Origin: Eledone cirrhosa
Lineage: Eukaryota
Length of the DNA stretch: 64,000 bases
Assembly: GCA_964016885.1 (NCBI GenBank)
Contig: OZ024741.1
Coordinates: forward strand, 85,870,001 to 85,934,000
Direction of reading: 5' to 3'
Shown here: in pieces, positions 1 through 12,900 of the stretch
Layout: each line of letters starts with the position of its first letter
How positions within the stretch are numbered: position 1 is the stretch's first letter
Notes under the pieces: model-generated
What the model saw: the letters and a program-made list of their open reading frames with translations, nothing else
The model's database searches: none
Told to the model about the DNA's origin: nothing
Position numbers and translations under genes: made by a program

Positions 1-2008
1 TCCATACACGACAACCTCCACCTCATGCGATACATCGTAGAGAGGGTAGGCAACGAACCCGGCTTTGGTGGGGTCCTGATCAACTTGGATCAATCTAAAG
101 CGTTCGATAGGGTTGACCATCGGTACCTGGATGCGGTGCTCGCGGCGGCAGGCTTCGGACCCGTTTTCAGGGGCTGGATTGCTGCAATGCACAGCAGCAA
201 CACCTGCTCGAGGGTCAAGGTGAACGGCTACCTCTCGGAGCCGTTCCAAATCACGCGATCCATTCGACAGGGATGCCCTCTCTCCTCCCTCCTGTATGTG
301 CTGGCTCTCGAGCCACTACTGAGGAAGCTGGAGTTGTTGCAGGGCATCCCCTTGGAACCGGGATTGCGGAAAGCGGTGTCGGCCTACGCCGATGACGTGA
401 CAGTAATGGTGTCGTGTGCCTCGGAAATCGGGCAGATCGGCACCTTACTGGAGGAATATGAAAGGTTCACAGGAGACAAGCTGAACCGGGACAAGTCCGT
501 CGGTTTGCAACTCGGGACGTGGAGGGGCAAAACGATGCCCTCCGACGGCATCGTCGGACGCTGGACGGAGGGACCGGTGAAGCTGCTCGGGGTCTGGTTC
601 GGACCGGACCTCCAGGTGGAGAAAAACTGGGACGAGGTAACGGGCAAGGTGTTTGCACTCACCCAGAATTGGGCCGAGTGCAAACTATCCCTGAAAGGTC
701 GAGCGGAGGTGGCGAACGCTTATATAGCGTCCGTCATCTACTACCGCTTGACCGTCGTGCCTTGCCCAGAGAAAACACTCGCCAAAATGGAGCGCACGCT
801 CTTCCGATTTCTTTGGAAGAAGCGGGCTCCTTTGGTGAGAAGATCCATCTGCTGTCAACACCCTTCGAACGGAGGGCTGGAGATGACGTGGCTGACGATG
901 CGTAGACACGCATTAAGGCTACGGCACCTCCAGGTATTCCTCACCGGTCAGCCGGTGTGGGCCCTGTTTGTGAGGCGAGCCTTTCCGAGACGCGTCTCAC
1001 TCACCGAGCTGCAATCCTGGATCAAGCAAAGACCGAGAAAAATGGGTGACTGGCACATTGAATGTGCCCAGGCGCTCACGGCCCTCTGGCAAGCGGATCC
1101 GGCAATCAGTGGAGACTCAACCTCAACATTCTATAGAGGGTTGGTGCGCAGTAAGTGCGACGACGCTCTCGGACAGGCTCTGGGCATGGAGGAAGACGAG
1201 CTGGCCAGTCTGTTCGGTAGGACGTTTGGCCCGGGACCGATGGACAACTTCCAAAAGTCCCTGGCTTGGCAATGTTACCGAGGAGCTCTACCCGTTCGGG
1301 ACAAGCTCTACAGACACGGGCGCCCGGGTAGGGACCCCTCAAAGAAGATCTGTCCAAGATGCGTGCGTGACGAGGAAACCGTCGCACACGCATTCGTACA
1401 CTGCCCGGGCGTTGCTGACCTGTGGGGCTATTTAGAATGACTACTGTCGCGGGTGGGACCAATCCGGTTGACCACCGAGAACATTGTCACAATCAAACCG
1501 CCTCCCCCTTTCAAAAACGAAGGAGAGGCGGTTTTCCTCTGTGTGATAGCCATGGCGAAAGAAGTTGTATGGTGGACAAGGTTGAAAGGGCTGAAGTCAG
1601 ACACCTATCTCTCCGGCCAACAACTGGTCTTTTTTTTCAAGTACCACTTTAGAAGAAGGATCAGAATGGAGAGAGAGGTGCTCTACCCCAGCAAGTTTTA
1701 TGAAAGATGGGTGAAAGTAGCGAGAATGGCCCGAGTGAATGGGCCTTCTCTCTATATCAGCCTGTAGGTGAGAGAGGAGAAGAATGAGGAGAGGAAGGAA
1801 GCACCCGCTCTTTGTGCTCCTGAAGAGGAGGGTTGCACATTTTTTCGGGGGTGTGTGCGACCCATGTCAACGCCCCTCCCTATTGAGGACATCGATTGTT
1901 AAATTTAATTTGTTATATGTTTTTTACACGTCTTTTTAAATGTATGTAAACTCCCCCCCTTTGTATTTGTCCCAATCTTTGATGCCCTGGTGGAAAATAA
2001 ATAGAAAT
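1..2008 (+). mobile_element. 3' part of Tx1/L1-clade non-LTR retrotransposon (ORF2 RT plus C-terminal zinc finger, 3' UTR)
   Basis: ORF 25..1440 has LDQSKAFDRVDH, RQGCPLS, YADD and CPRC...ETVAHAFVHC. A TGA at 1438 is followed by in-frame continuation to 1767, with an A-rich end at ~1992-2008. Confidence 0.92.
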
Positions 2009-2009
2009 A

Positions 2010-2460
2010 TATATCAATAAACATCAATCTCTCCCCCCCCCCCTTTCTATATCTAATATACAACACACTTCCAAACTCCCTCACTATATCAATTAGCACC
2101 AAACTATCCCCTCTCTATGTCTACCATACAACACTCTCTCGCATTCCCTCTCACTCTATCCATCACTAACAAACTCCCCCCCTCTCTATATCTATCAATA
2201 CCTATCTCTATCAATCCTCTCACTCTATTGATTACCACCAAATTCTCCCCCCTCTCTATATCAATTAACCCCAAACTCTCCCCCTCTCCATATCAATTAA
2301 CCCCAAACTCTCCCTATACGGAACTCTCTTCTAATCCTCCTCTCTATATCAACTAACTCTAAACTCTACCCTCTGTATATCTACTACACGGAACTCTCTT
2401 CAAATTCCTCTCTCTATATCATTAAACATCAATCTCTACCCCGCTCTATATCTCTCTCTC
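2010..2460. repeat. Degenerate ~30-40 bp minisatellite (CTCTCTATATC...AAACTC)
   Basis: Recurrent ctctctatatcaattaac/ccaaactct units; mirrored at 29560-30100 and also present at 35835-36200. Confidence 0.75.
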
Positions 2461-2467
2461 CCATCTG

Positions 2468-2596
2468 TCTACATAACATGTACATAAAATGTAGCGCATA
2501 TATAAATAGATGTGTTTTGGTAGTTTGGTGAGAAAAATATAATTATTGGAGTGACCATGCCTCCACCCCTGTCCTCCCCCAGTTCCACCGCCTCTG
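2468..2596 (-). mobile_element. Fragment of hAT-like MITE (one terminus)
   Basis: Similar in reverse to the MITE at 36807-37040; ends in ttccaccgcctctg. Confidence 0.55.
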
Positions 2597-2618
2597 TATA
2601 TATGTATATATATATATA

Positions 2619-2802
2619 CAGTTTTCCCCTGGTATTCGCAGGAGTCATGTTCCTAAAGCACCCGCGAATAGATGGAAACCGCGAATGTTGGACGTGATCC
2701 ATTAAAATGCCTATAAACGTAAAAACACGTAGTTTCCATGAACTTAGTTAGGCTCTAAGGAAAATTCCGCGAATAACCGGGACCGTGAATGCCGGGGGTA
2801 CA

Positions 2803-2805
<3 letters not shown>
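2619..2805. mobile_element. Tc1/pogo (Tigger-like) MITE
   Basis: Imperfect TIRs cagttttcccctggtattcgc / gtgaatgccgggggtacagtg flanked by TA. Confidence 0.6.
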
Positions 2806-2833
<28 letters not shown>

Positions 2834-2837
<4 letters not shown>

Positions 2838-4022
2838 AATACAATAACAGAGATAGTTTAAAGCTAAACTCTGACTGGTAACCATCTCACTCAACAAACA
2901 TTAGGTTATATTAAAATATAAACCCAATTTAAGTGTTTGGGGTGCTAACAATATGTATAATGTGGAAAAACCAGTTGTATTATTTTATGAGATATAATTA
3001 AAGTTAAAGTATATCTCTCTTTCCAAACAATTGTTTCATTATAAGTTTTCTACAAGTTTGGGAGAATGTTTCCAGTTTATGTAGAAGCCTAATATATATT
3101 CATGTAAGAATATATTTAGGTGGGTACTTATAAATCATCAGTGGAAGCCCATTAAACATTGATATAAGAAAACAATTTCTTACCGCTGTCAAAAATCATG
3201 TCCGTAAAGTTGCTCTCTCTCACCTCGAATGACCGCCAAATTTGAAATTCCAGCAGTTTTTGACTGAGGAAGTATCATAGCGACACGAAGCGGGAAGGGG
3301 AGACAACCCACGAAATGAGGAAAAAAAAATAATAATATACACGCGGGTTAATTAGTGTTTTTGAAAACATTATCAATCCAACGTGTTTAAGAACTCAATT
3401 GAAAATAAAAAAATAAATATATGCTTGTATAAATTACACACGCATATAGATATTTTCTTAGGCTAAATCAGAAGTTGTACCCGAATAAGAACCGCTTCTC
3501 ATAACCGCAGTAAATGCAGAAAGTTATGCTATAAAGGGCAAATGGGAATATAATTCTCCGGCCGAATTATTAAGAGTAAAATATAAAACACACGCGGGTT
3601 AATTAGTTATTTCAAAACCAATATTAATTCCTCGTGTAAAGAACTCAATTAATAAAAGAAAATAAATACATATATGCATGTAATTATATACGTAGGCATA
3701 TATATATATTTTCCTAGGCTAAAAAACAGAAGTTACAACCAAAAAAAGCCACAATATTTCACAACAGTAATAAATACGGAAAGTCAAATTCATAAGGTAC
3801 CTGGAAATAAACACCTCTGGCTAATCAAGAGTAAATATTTAATACAATAACAGAGATAGTTTAAAGCTAAACTCTGACTGGTAACCATCTCACTCAACAA
3901 ACATTAGGTTATATTAAAATATAAACCCAATTTAAGTGTTTGGGGTGCTAACAATATGTATAATGTGGAAAAACCAGTTGTATTATTTTATGAGATATAA
4001 TTAAAGTTAAAGTATATCTCTC
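2834..4022 (-). mobile_element. Non-coding hammerhead-bearing retrozyme/non-autonomous PLE-like element with 186-bp terminal direct repeats
   Basis: Direct repeats 2834-3019 and 3837-4022 (period 1003 nt), no ORF, TA tracts at both ends, hammerhead motif next to the 3' repeat. Confidence 0.75.
3021..3146 (-). ncRNA. Type I hammerhead ribozyme motif with long loop II
   Basis: Minus strand: TTCCA-CTGATGA-TTTATAAGT...ACTTATAAT-GAAAC-AATT-GTT-TGGAA. Stem I TTCCA/TGGAA; palindromic stem III AACAATTGTT. Confidence 0.8.
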
Positions 4023-4145
4023 ATATATATATATTTATTAAAATAACAGATTAAAGTTTAAGCAAAGACAGGGACTGACTATACGACTGAATATTTTCTA
4101 CCGTATTGTATCAGCCTAAAAAAAAAAAACTTATCGGTCATTTAC

Positions 4146-4179
<34 letters not shown>

Positions 4180-4181
<2 letters not shown>

Positions 4182-5011
4182 TTTGTTTTGCAAGATTTCT
4201 TACCTGAAAACGTGTGTTGAAACAGATATACTTTGGGAGGGTCATGCTGCCAATAAAAACACGCACCTGTTGATTTTCACTTCAATTTATTATAAATTTA
4301 CGATTGGTTGTTATATGTTAAAAATGTATTAAAAATGAATGCTCAAGTTACTATAGTGACCGTTCTTCCCCGTGCCTTTCTGATTTATTTTTTATTTCTG
4401 TCTTTAATCGGCTAATGAAAATGGCTTCCTTAATTTTTAAATTTCCCGTGGTCCTTTCACTGGCCTCTATGGTGACCTTAATGTCTTTGTTGCGACATCT
4501 ATCAAGATGTGTTTTAATGGAAGAGGTTCTCATTGTCACATGTTCTTTGATCTGTATGTTAGCCTCCTTATGGTACTTCCAATGTAGGAGGAGCTGTATT
4601 TTTTGCTCGTGGTCTTATAGACCACACATGCTCTAAAGCACACTTTTACATTGTTGAAGGGACAATTAGGAAGTGTGCATATATCTATGTATGTGGGTTG
4701 GTGTCTGTAGAGCAGTCTCCACAATGAGAGTCCTGACTGTGCCAAAATGGCCTATGTACAGAATGAAATCTCCCGGATACGCATCAGAAGCAACGAAGAT
4801 AACGACTGACATACCAGCACAGTGGAATTCCAAAGAGATCTCACCGAAAACGGCTACCCTACTTCTCTCACCAAACACCGAAATGCCGCCTCGCAAAAGA
4901 AATAGGACACCTGCCCCTAACATTTGCTACCTAAAGCTGCCACATTTCAATGAGCAGACGGTAACGACCATCAGACAAGCCATCTGTATGGAGGGACTGA
5001 CTATACGACTG
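4180..5011 (-). pseudogene. Truncated PLE fragment (GIY-YIG endonuclease end) with inverted 5' segment
   Basis: Minus ORFs give CVVYKTT...YIGSTIRRL and LKIKEAIFI...KNK. The plus-strand piece ~4746-5011 encodes the upstream YLKLPHFNEQ...EGLTIRL. Confidence 0.75.
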
Positions 5012-5131
5012 AATATTTTCTACCGTATTGTATCAGCCTAAAAAAAAAAACTTATCGGTCATTTACTACATATCTCACAATGCATCGTATTAACTACACA
5101 CACACACACACACTTTCTCCCTCTCTCTCTA

Positions 5132-5193
<62 letters not shown>

Positions 5194-5194
<1 letters not shown>

Positions 5195-6284
5195 TAGGGC
5201 GGGTAATATTCCCGAGTTCCATGGACGAGTTCTCTCCAGTGGTCTCTGTCCCTCATTATCGCTGCCATGTCCTGCGTCTCCAACAGACCAGTGTCTGTCC
5301 TTAGGGCATCAACATACGTTAACCTTGGTCTTCCTCTTCCAGTGAGGTCATGTAGGGGCTCCCACAGGAGCACTGAGTGCAATGTCAACTCTCGATGTCG
5401 GTGAGCATGTCCAGCTAACTTCAGTCTCCTCTGTGTCACTTTTGGGCTGACGTTTGGGAGGCTCCCATACAGCTCTGAGTTTTTCATCCTCAGTGTATAC
5501 TGATTAATGTTCAGAGCGATCCTCAGCATTCTCGTGTAGCACCCATCCACTATCTGAGTGAGTTTCTTGGTCAGTGTCCAAGTCACAGACCCGTACAGCA
5601 GCACAGACTCCACTACAGCAATGAGGCGGATTTTCTGGTCTTTACGAAGGTCCGACTTTCACACCGATCTCAAGCTGTGGCACGCCGCCCAGGCTTTGCT
5701 CTTGCTCTCAACCACATCATCTTCCGTATTCCCAATCTTTGCTCTCAAATACAGGAAGTCCTCAACCAATTCTAGCGGCTTCCCGCCTACATTAGTCATC
5801 CCCTCTGGCTTCTCAACATTCTCTACCAGATATTTTGTTTTCGTTTCATTCATTTTCAGCCCCACAGTCTCAACCTCCTGCATCAAATCATCTGCCTTCT
5901 TCACTGTATTTGTCACCAAAACTATGTCGTCGGCAAATTCAGCATCCGATATCTTTTTCGCCTTAACTCTCCTGCTCTGAGCCGGTGCTACAGTAAAGCC
6001 AGAGTCTTAGTGTTTCTCCAGTGCAAGGCGCATACAATAGTCCACTACGATGATAAAAAAGTAGGGAGACAATGTATCTCCTTACCTTTTGATGGAGTGG
6101 CATCAGAGGTGATGAAGAGGAGTGATTTTGATTATATCATCCTGGGGTTCTGTAACCAGGCACTGGAGAAAGGAATTGCCCCAAATCAGTGAAGGATCAG
6201 TAACATCGTCCCAGTGCCAAAGAAGGGAGATCTCTCTAACACCAACAACTACAGGGGGGATCTCACTGACGTCACTTGTGGCAA

Positions 6285-6286
<2 letters not shown>
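5194..6286 (-). mobile_element. RTE-clade LINE remnant with 5' inversion
   Basis: Minus strand: FADDIVL, GLKMNETKTKY, ESVLLYGSVTWTLT, GRGRPRLTYVD. Plus strand ~6100-6286: [27 protein letters not shown] tracts at both ends. Confidence 0.85.
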
Positions 6287-6355
<69 letters not shown>

Positions 6356-6356
6356 C

Positions 6357-6463
<107 letters not shown>

Positions 6464-6769
6464 CATACATGGTGGCTGCCAACTCGTTTTCGAGTACAGC
6501 CACTACTTTATATCAATGTAGGAGAACCCCTACCGATGCGCTGAACGAGAGTGACTTTTTAGTCCAGCCAACGACTTGAAAACTCTGGTTCAAACACTAC
6601 ACTTGTGACAATTATTGACACATAGTGCTGGGCCCATGGTACCATGTGACAACAAGTGCAGAGAGATCTCCAGATATAAAGAAATGCCTGTGCCGTGAAG
6701 CTTTTATAGTGAGCAAAGGCACTGCACAAAGCCAGTCCCACTCTCTTAACCAAGATGATATTTACCAAA

Positions 6770-7080
6770 AAGAAGAACAAGTCAACATCATTGGATACCA
6801 TCAGGGTTGCAGGTGATATATCAGAGTTTTCCTTCTCCTAGAATTCTGCCTTGGCAAAGGCTAAGGGGTCATCTCTCCCGGTGATTTTGGATGGCCATTG
6901 ACTCTTAAGAGCTCCTTTGCCCTTTGACAGGTTTTGTTTTTAGTCCTGCAGGATGACCAAAGTAACCCTCCTCACCAAGAAACCTTGGTGGGGTTGCCAG
7001 TTTAGTCGCCAACGACCCGACCATGAGACAGGTTGTACTGGGATACATGTTACCAGTAGCACCAACTGGTGACCTGACAT
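6770..7080 (-). mobile_element. Probable LINE (RTE-type) 5' UTR or SINE-like repeat next to (CATA)n
   Basis: GC-richer structured segment bounded by a (CATA)n tract; family assignment is from general resemblance only. Confidence 0.35.
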
Positions 7081-7143
7081 AACATACATACATACATACA
7101 TACATACATACATACATACATACATACATACATACATACATAC

Positions 7144-7509
7144 CAGGGGCGAAGGGTCCGTGCATACAACGCATGCAGTGCATGCGTTATAGAATCTTGA
7201 GTTGATCAATTGCGTCGGTTGAAGCAAGCAGAATTTTGGCTGCTTACTAAAACGCATAGACACAAAAAAAGATAACACACACACAAACACACGACAGCTT
7301 TGGGGCAAGCAGAATTTTGACTGCTTACTAAATCGTAGACACATAAAAAGATAACACACACACACATTAGATAACACTACATGCGGCTTTGAGCGGGAGG
7401 GTCATTTAGAGGGGATTACGGGGGGGGGGGGGGTAATGCTGCACAGCCCCACTTTCCGCCATGGCGATTGAACTGCATGTCCTGCTTTCCAGGTTACCCT
7501 TCACCACTG
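7144..7509. mobile_element. hAT-like MITE inserted in (CATA)n
   Basis: TIRs caggggcgaagggt / acccttcaccactg; flanked by atacatac on both sides (uninformative within a microsatellite); internal ~80-bp duplication. Confidence 0.6.
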
Positions 7510-8009
7510 ATACATACATACATACACACGACTAATTAGGAAATTACAAGTACAATCCATTAATGGAACAGTAAAAATATGCAAAACATTCCAAAAAATT
7601 CTGCATCTAATAACTTCAGATACACATGTACAGATACAAAGCATATGCACATGCACACATACAACTCAAAACATACACATCCACACATACAATAACATCT
7701 ATACTTACACACGCATGCATGCAGACATATCTACCTAGTTGATGTTGTGTAAATTCCAATGAAAGAGTCTTGTATCTATGATAGAAACCGACTCTCTCTC
7801 TATTGGTAAAGATTTATAAAAATTATAAAACCAGAAGAACATACATAAATACTCACATACATACATACACACATACATATACTGATGTGTGTGCGTATGT
7901 GTTAATTACAACAAAAAATGGAAAACGTACATACAAAGCAAAAGAGAATCTCCGTATACTTATTTATAGGTTCGCTTCTATTTTGTGGAGTAAGGTTGAC
8001 TGATTCCCG

Positions 8010-8780
8010 GTGTTGTTGGTGATGTTGTTGGTGGCGGTGTTGGCGGTGGTGGTGTTGGTGGCGGTGTTGGCGGTAATGTTGTTGGTGGCGGTGGTGGTGG
8101 TGTTGTTGGGGGCAGTGTTGTTGTTGGTGTTGTTGGTGTTATTGGTGGTGTTGTTGGTGGCGGTGTTGTTGGTGGCCGTATTGATGGTGGCGTTGTTGGT
8201 GGCGGTATTGTTGCTGGTGGTGTTGTTGGTGGTGGTATTATTGGCGGTGTTGTTAGTGGCGGTGCTGTTGGTGGCGGTGGGGGTGTTGGTGGTGGTGTTG
8301 TTGGGGGCAGTGTTGTTGGTGGCGGTATTGTTGGTGGTGGTGTTGATGGTAGTGTTGTTGGTGGCGGTGGTGGTTTTGGGTGGTCGTGTTGTTGGGGGCA
8401 GTGTTGTTGGTGTTGTTGGTGGTGTTGTTGGTGGTGTTGATGGTGGCGGTGGTGATGGTGGTGGTGTTGTTGATGGTGGGTTGTTGGTGGTGGTGGTGTT
8501 GTTGATGGTGGGGTTGTTGGTGGCGGTGTTGTTAGTGGTGGTGTTGTTTGGAATGTTGTTGGTGGCGGTGTTGGCGGTGGTGTTTGTAGTGTTAGTGATG
8601 GTGTTGTTGGTATTGTTGTTTTGGGCGTTGGTGGTGATGGTGGAGGTAGAAGTGCTTGTGGTGATGGTGATGGTGGTGATAGTGGTTGTGGAGTTGGTGG
8701 TGATGATGCTGGCAGTGGAGGTAGTTGTGTTGGTGGTGGTGGTGTGGGTGATGGCAGAAGTGGTGGTGGTGTTTCATAAT
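8010..8780. repeat. Cryptic (GGT/GTT)n trinucleotide repeat
   Basis: Low-complexity GGT/GTT/GGC array; its partner at 23675-24980 is longer. Confidence 0.95.
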
Positions 8781-9112
8781 GGTACGTTATGAAGTTATGA
8801 AAAATCACCACCAAAGGAGAGACCTGTATTATTGAAGCGTATTGACATATCGAAGAATCACATCATACACACACATATACACACGAACACATACACATGC
8901 ACACATATATATACATACACGCATAGACATACTCCACACATAACCACACACAAACACATGCACACATATATACACATACACGCATAGACATACTCCACAC
9001 ATAACCACACACACGCACACCCACTCTGTATCTCTCATTATCTACTTCATACAACACACATGCTCTCTCTCTCTCATACATTCTCTCTTTGTCACACACA
9101 CACACACGCACG

Positions 9113-9188
<76 letters not shown>

Positions 9189-9633
9189 TCTGGTATAATA
9201 ATTCAATCTGCCTAGCAGAACATTTCGAAACGGCCGACTAAGGTGTATTCTTTGATCATCCATATTTTCGAAATGGACACGGGAATGGTCGAACAGTTAA
9301 GAGACATACTTCGCAATTATAAAGGTCCGACATCGAAATAAAATATCCAAAGTATTGTTCAGTCATCGTATACATTGTGACATTATATCATGTCTCTCAA
9401 CCAATCAGGCTACTAACTTCGTTAGTGGGAGTATGTATACCACAATGTTTCTCAAAGATCTGTTGCACATTCTATCCTTTACAATCCCAGGTTTTCTCCA
9501 ATTCTTCAACATTTTGAAATTTTTCACTTGAGCCTAGCCTTAACACAAGCAATCTTTTTAAGCCGTAATAATTATAATTGTATAGAACAGTTTTTCTCAG
9601 AAACCCAGATCTTATCTCTCCCATTTTGCATTA

Positions 9634-9950
9634 TCTATATTACTAAAACATAGAATGTCTGTTTGTCTGTCTGTCTGTCTGTACAATCACTAAAACTCGA
9701 GGACCACCCAACCGATTGTTTTCAAACTTTACACATGTAATACTTATGGTCCTATTGAGTGTTCTGAGCAAAATAATTTCAAATTTTCAATGCTCTAGGG
9801 ACCGCATTAGGCGATTTAGCGATCTCTTTCTCTCTCTCTCTTAGTCTTCTCTTTTTAGATAGATACATAGATATTACGTTGCGCCCTTATAATATCTGTC
9901 TGTACGTCATTACGACGCGGTGTGTGCATGTGTGTGTGTATAGTGTGTGT
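9634..9950 (+). mobile_element. Helitron-like 5' terminal segment (inverted copy of 22816-23132)
   Basis: A|TCTATATTACTAAAA followed by (GTCT)n, the usual pattern of animal Helitron 5' ends. Confidence 0.55.
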
Positions 9951-9969
9951 ATATATATATATATATATA

Positions 9970-12900
9970 CTAGCTGACGTACCCAGCTTCGCCCGGGTAA
10001 ACAGATGATAAGAGAAGACAGGTAAAAGAGAAAATGACTGTATAGGATGTTTGTCTGGTTACAGTATGAAGCGAGTCCGTGTTGTCTGTGTGATACAAAA
10101 AAACAGTAAAAGAAATCTTCCAGATATACCAGATTCTTCGTTGTACGGTTTGTGCATAGTATATGAACAATTCTAGGTGCTCCCACCTAGAATAGTGACC
10201 TCTAGAAGATGGTTCATCTTCTGCCTGACTGTAAAACGTGTATCATTGCATAGACGTGGTTGTTCCACGTTTTTCAAAAGGATGATGGGAGTTCCAATCT
10301 TTTATATTATATGTAGATATAGATATAGATATTAATATAAAAGATGTCCGTCAATGTAAAAAAGGTCCCTATTTACTTGAAATGGTTTATACAAATGCCA
10401 AATTAATATGGATATGGATAACATGCTTATCTATAAGTGGTCAGCTATAATAATAAAACAACAAATTATATGACAAAAATTTATTCAGTAATTTCCGGGT
10501 CTTAGCCACTGACAGTCAATATTACCCAGAGTTCAACTCGGGGAGGTGGCCTGGTTTGAACTCCAAATGATGGATCCTTCTACTTCGAAAATAGAATCGT
10601 TTTTCAATATTACTTTAGCCCTGGCCGCCATAGGCACCAAACTTTTTGCCAGACTTAGCATATGATGAGGCTTTATTACCACTGCAATCAGAAGCGATAA
10701 ATTTGAAGGCAATTTCTACCAATACTTGTTGGTTTTTATTGCTCATTATCGACAATAAATGACATTGAACATAAATGATAACTCTGTCAAAGCTTACAAT
10801 ACTGATCAAAGGGCACCAATGTCCGAATCATTTACGTCGCTTATTGATAGCATTAAAGATATGCATACATCAGCTCAAAGCTTCATTATATACAATATTT
10901 AGGGTTTTTCCTCTGTTAGTGGTATCAATTGCAAATTTTATACCATCAGGATCGCACACTCGAGATGCAGCAACATACAGTTGCCTATGGCTAAATGCTG
11001 GATCATTCAAGTAGACACCGACTCGCTTGAAAGTCTGTCCTTGTGCCTTGTTGACAGTCATGGAGAAGGCCAAATTGACGGGAAACCGTCTCCTTTGCCA
11101 AATGAATGGCAGCAGATCTTCACTTGGTCTCAGCATGATCCTTGGAATGAGAACCGATTCCTCTCTGTTTGGGAGTTTAGCTTCTAAAACTCTTCCGTTA
11201 ATCAATCTTTCAACAATCAATCTGGTACCATTGCAAAGACCCATTTTATGATTGATATTTCTAAGCAATATAATCGGCATACTCTTTTTCAACCTCAAAA
11301 TATGTGGGGGAAATCCGGGTATTTGAAGTGAATTCAGATACTCAGTCGGAACATCCATATTGTTCTGCTGATTAGGCTCCATTGCATCCGCACTGACGGT
11401 CAACCATTCCTCTCCAGGAAACATTCCGGCTACTTGTGAATTTATTTCATCGACCGTTGCATTCGTATGAGTTATAATAACGCGTTCCGATATCCAGGAG
11501 ATATTCTGCCAAAAAGCATTCAAATTAGGGAACACCCAGTCAATCAATGCTTGGCGGTCCAATCAAGGCTTGGCGGTCAAATGGTCTGGGATTCTTACAG
11601 TCTGATTATCACCAACGTGTGGCAATTCATCGTTTCCCAACTGCATCAACCATCGGCCATATGTCTCAGCCTCTTCGTTTTGCCCGAACATACGAAGTCG
11701 CATATTATCGTGTAATCGCAAAACTCTGAAAAGACATGCATCGACAATTTGCGCTCTTTGAGCATTCCTAACAATTGGTAGCACCTGTCTGAAATCGCCA
11801 CCAAGAACGATAGTCTTACCACCGAATGGCAGGTCACTACCGCAGATATCTCTCAAAGTTCTGTCCAATGCCTCCAGCAAATATCTGTGTGCCATTGGAG
11901 CCTCGTCCCAAATAATCAGAGACGTATTGCGTATAAGGCCCGCGAGTTTACTTTGTCCTGTAATGTTACAGACACTCAACTCATACGGAGCCAATGGAGC
12001 CTTGAAGCATGAGTGGAAGGTCCTTCCACCACTCAGTAAAGTGGCAGCGATGCCACTGGTGGCCACAGGGAGAGCAATCTTCCTCTGAGCTCTGACTGCC
12101 AATAACATAGCGTTGAAACAGAATGTCTTTCCGGTGCCTCCTGGAGCATCTATGAAAGCAAAGTTGCTCATTAGTGGAAATCGAGTGGAGAACGCCATCG
12201 ACCAATTCTCTCTGAGATTGGGTCAACATTGGCATACGTTCATCCACAGTACGTTGCTGTTCCAGTGGATCAAACTGGAATAGTCCCTCCGATCGAGTGG
12301 CAACCGTCTAAGCTGCAATCTCATGTTCAATGCTAAGACACGTTGCCGCATTTCTACATCAGGAATTGGCAAATTAAAATCTCTTAAACATTTCAAATGA
12401 ACTTCAAGCAGTTGCTCAATATTGAGCAAAACAATAGCCTTCATCAAATTTTCATCATCGACCTGAAGATGATGCCTAAAATCATCAGCCATAATTCCCC
12501 AATGGCGTTCAAATAACTCTCTTGGATCGGCAGGATTGCAGAATCCTAGAATCGTGACAAACAACTGCCTTATTTGAGCTGGCATCTGTGTTGTTCCTGC
12601 AGCTTCCATGGCGTTATTCCATTCAGCATCATCCTGAAGGAGTCCCATATATTGACACACAGCCTGGTATGTTTCATATTCCACGCCATTGATTGTTTTC
12701 AAATCAGCGAAGCTCTGTTTACCTCTCGAAAAATCACTATGCAACAGAATTCGGAGATAAAACACATCACCAGATGCTGGATGGACATTACAAACCCGTC
12801 CAATAGTCATGAATCTCAACTTTTGTTTTCTATCATTCCATTTCTTTCCCTTCTTATCCCACGTATAGTGCGAAGGGAAATCGCAGTAGAGTTGCCTTTG

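Noticed and set aside
6538-6592. CTGAACGA...GAAAA hammerhead-like words
   Set aside because: Core spacing and stem I do not fit.
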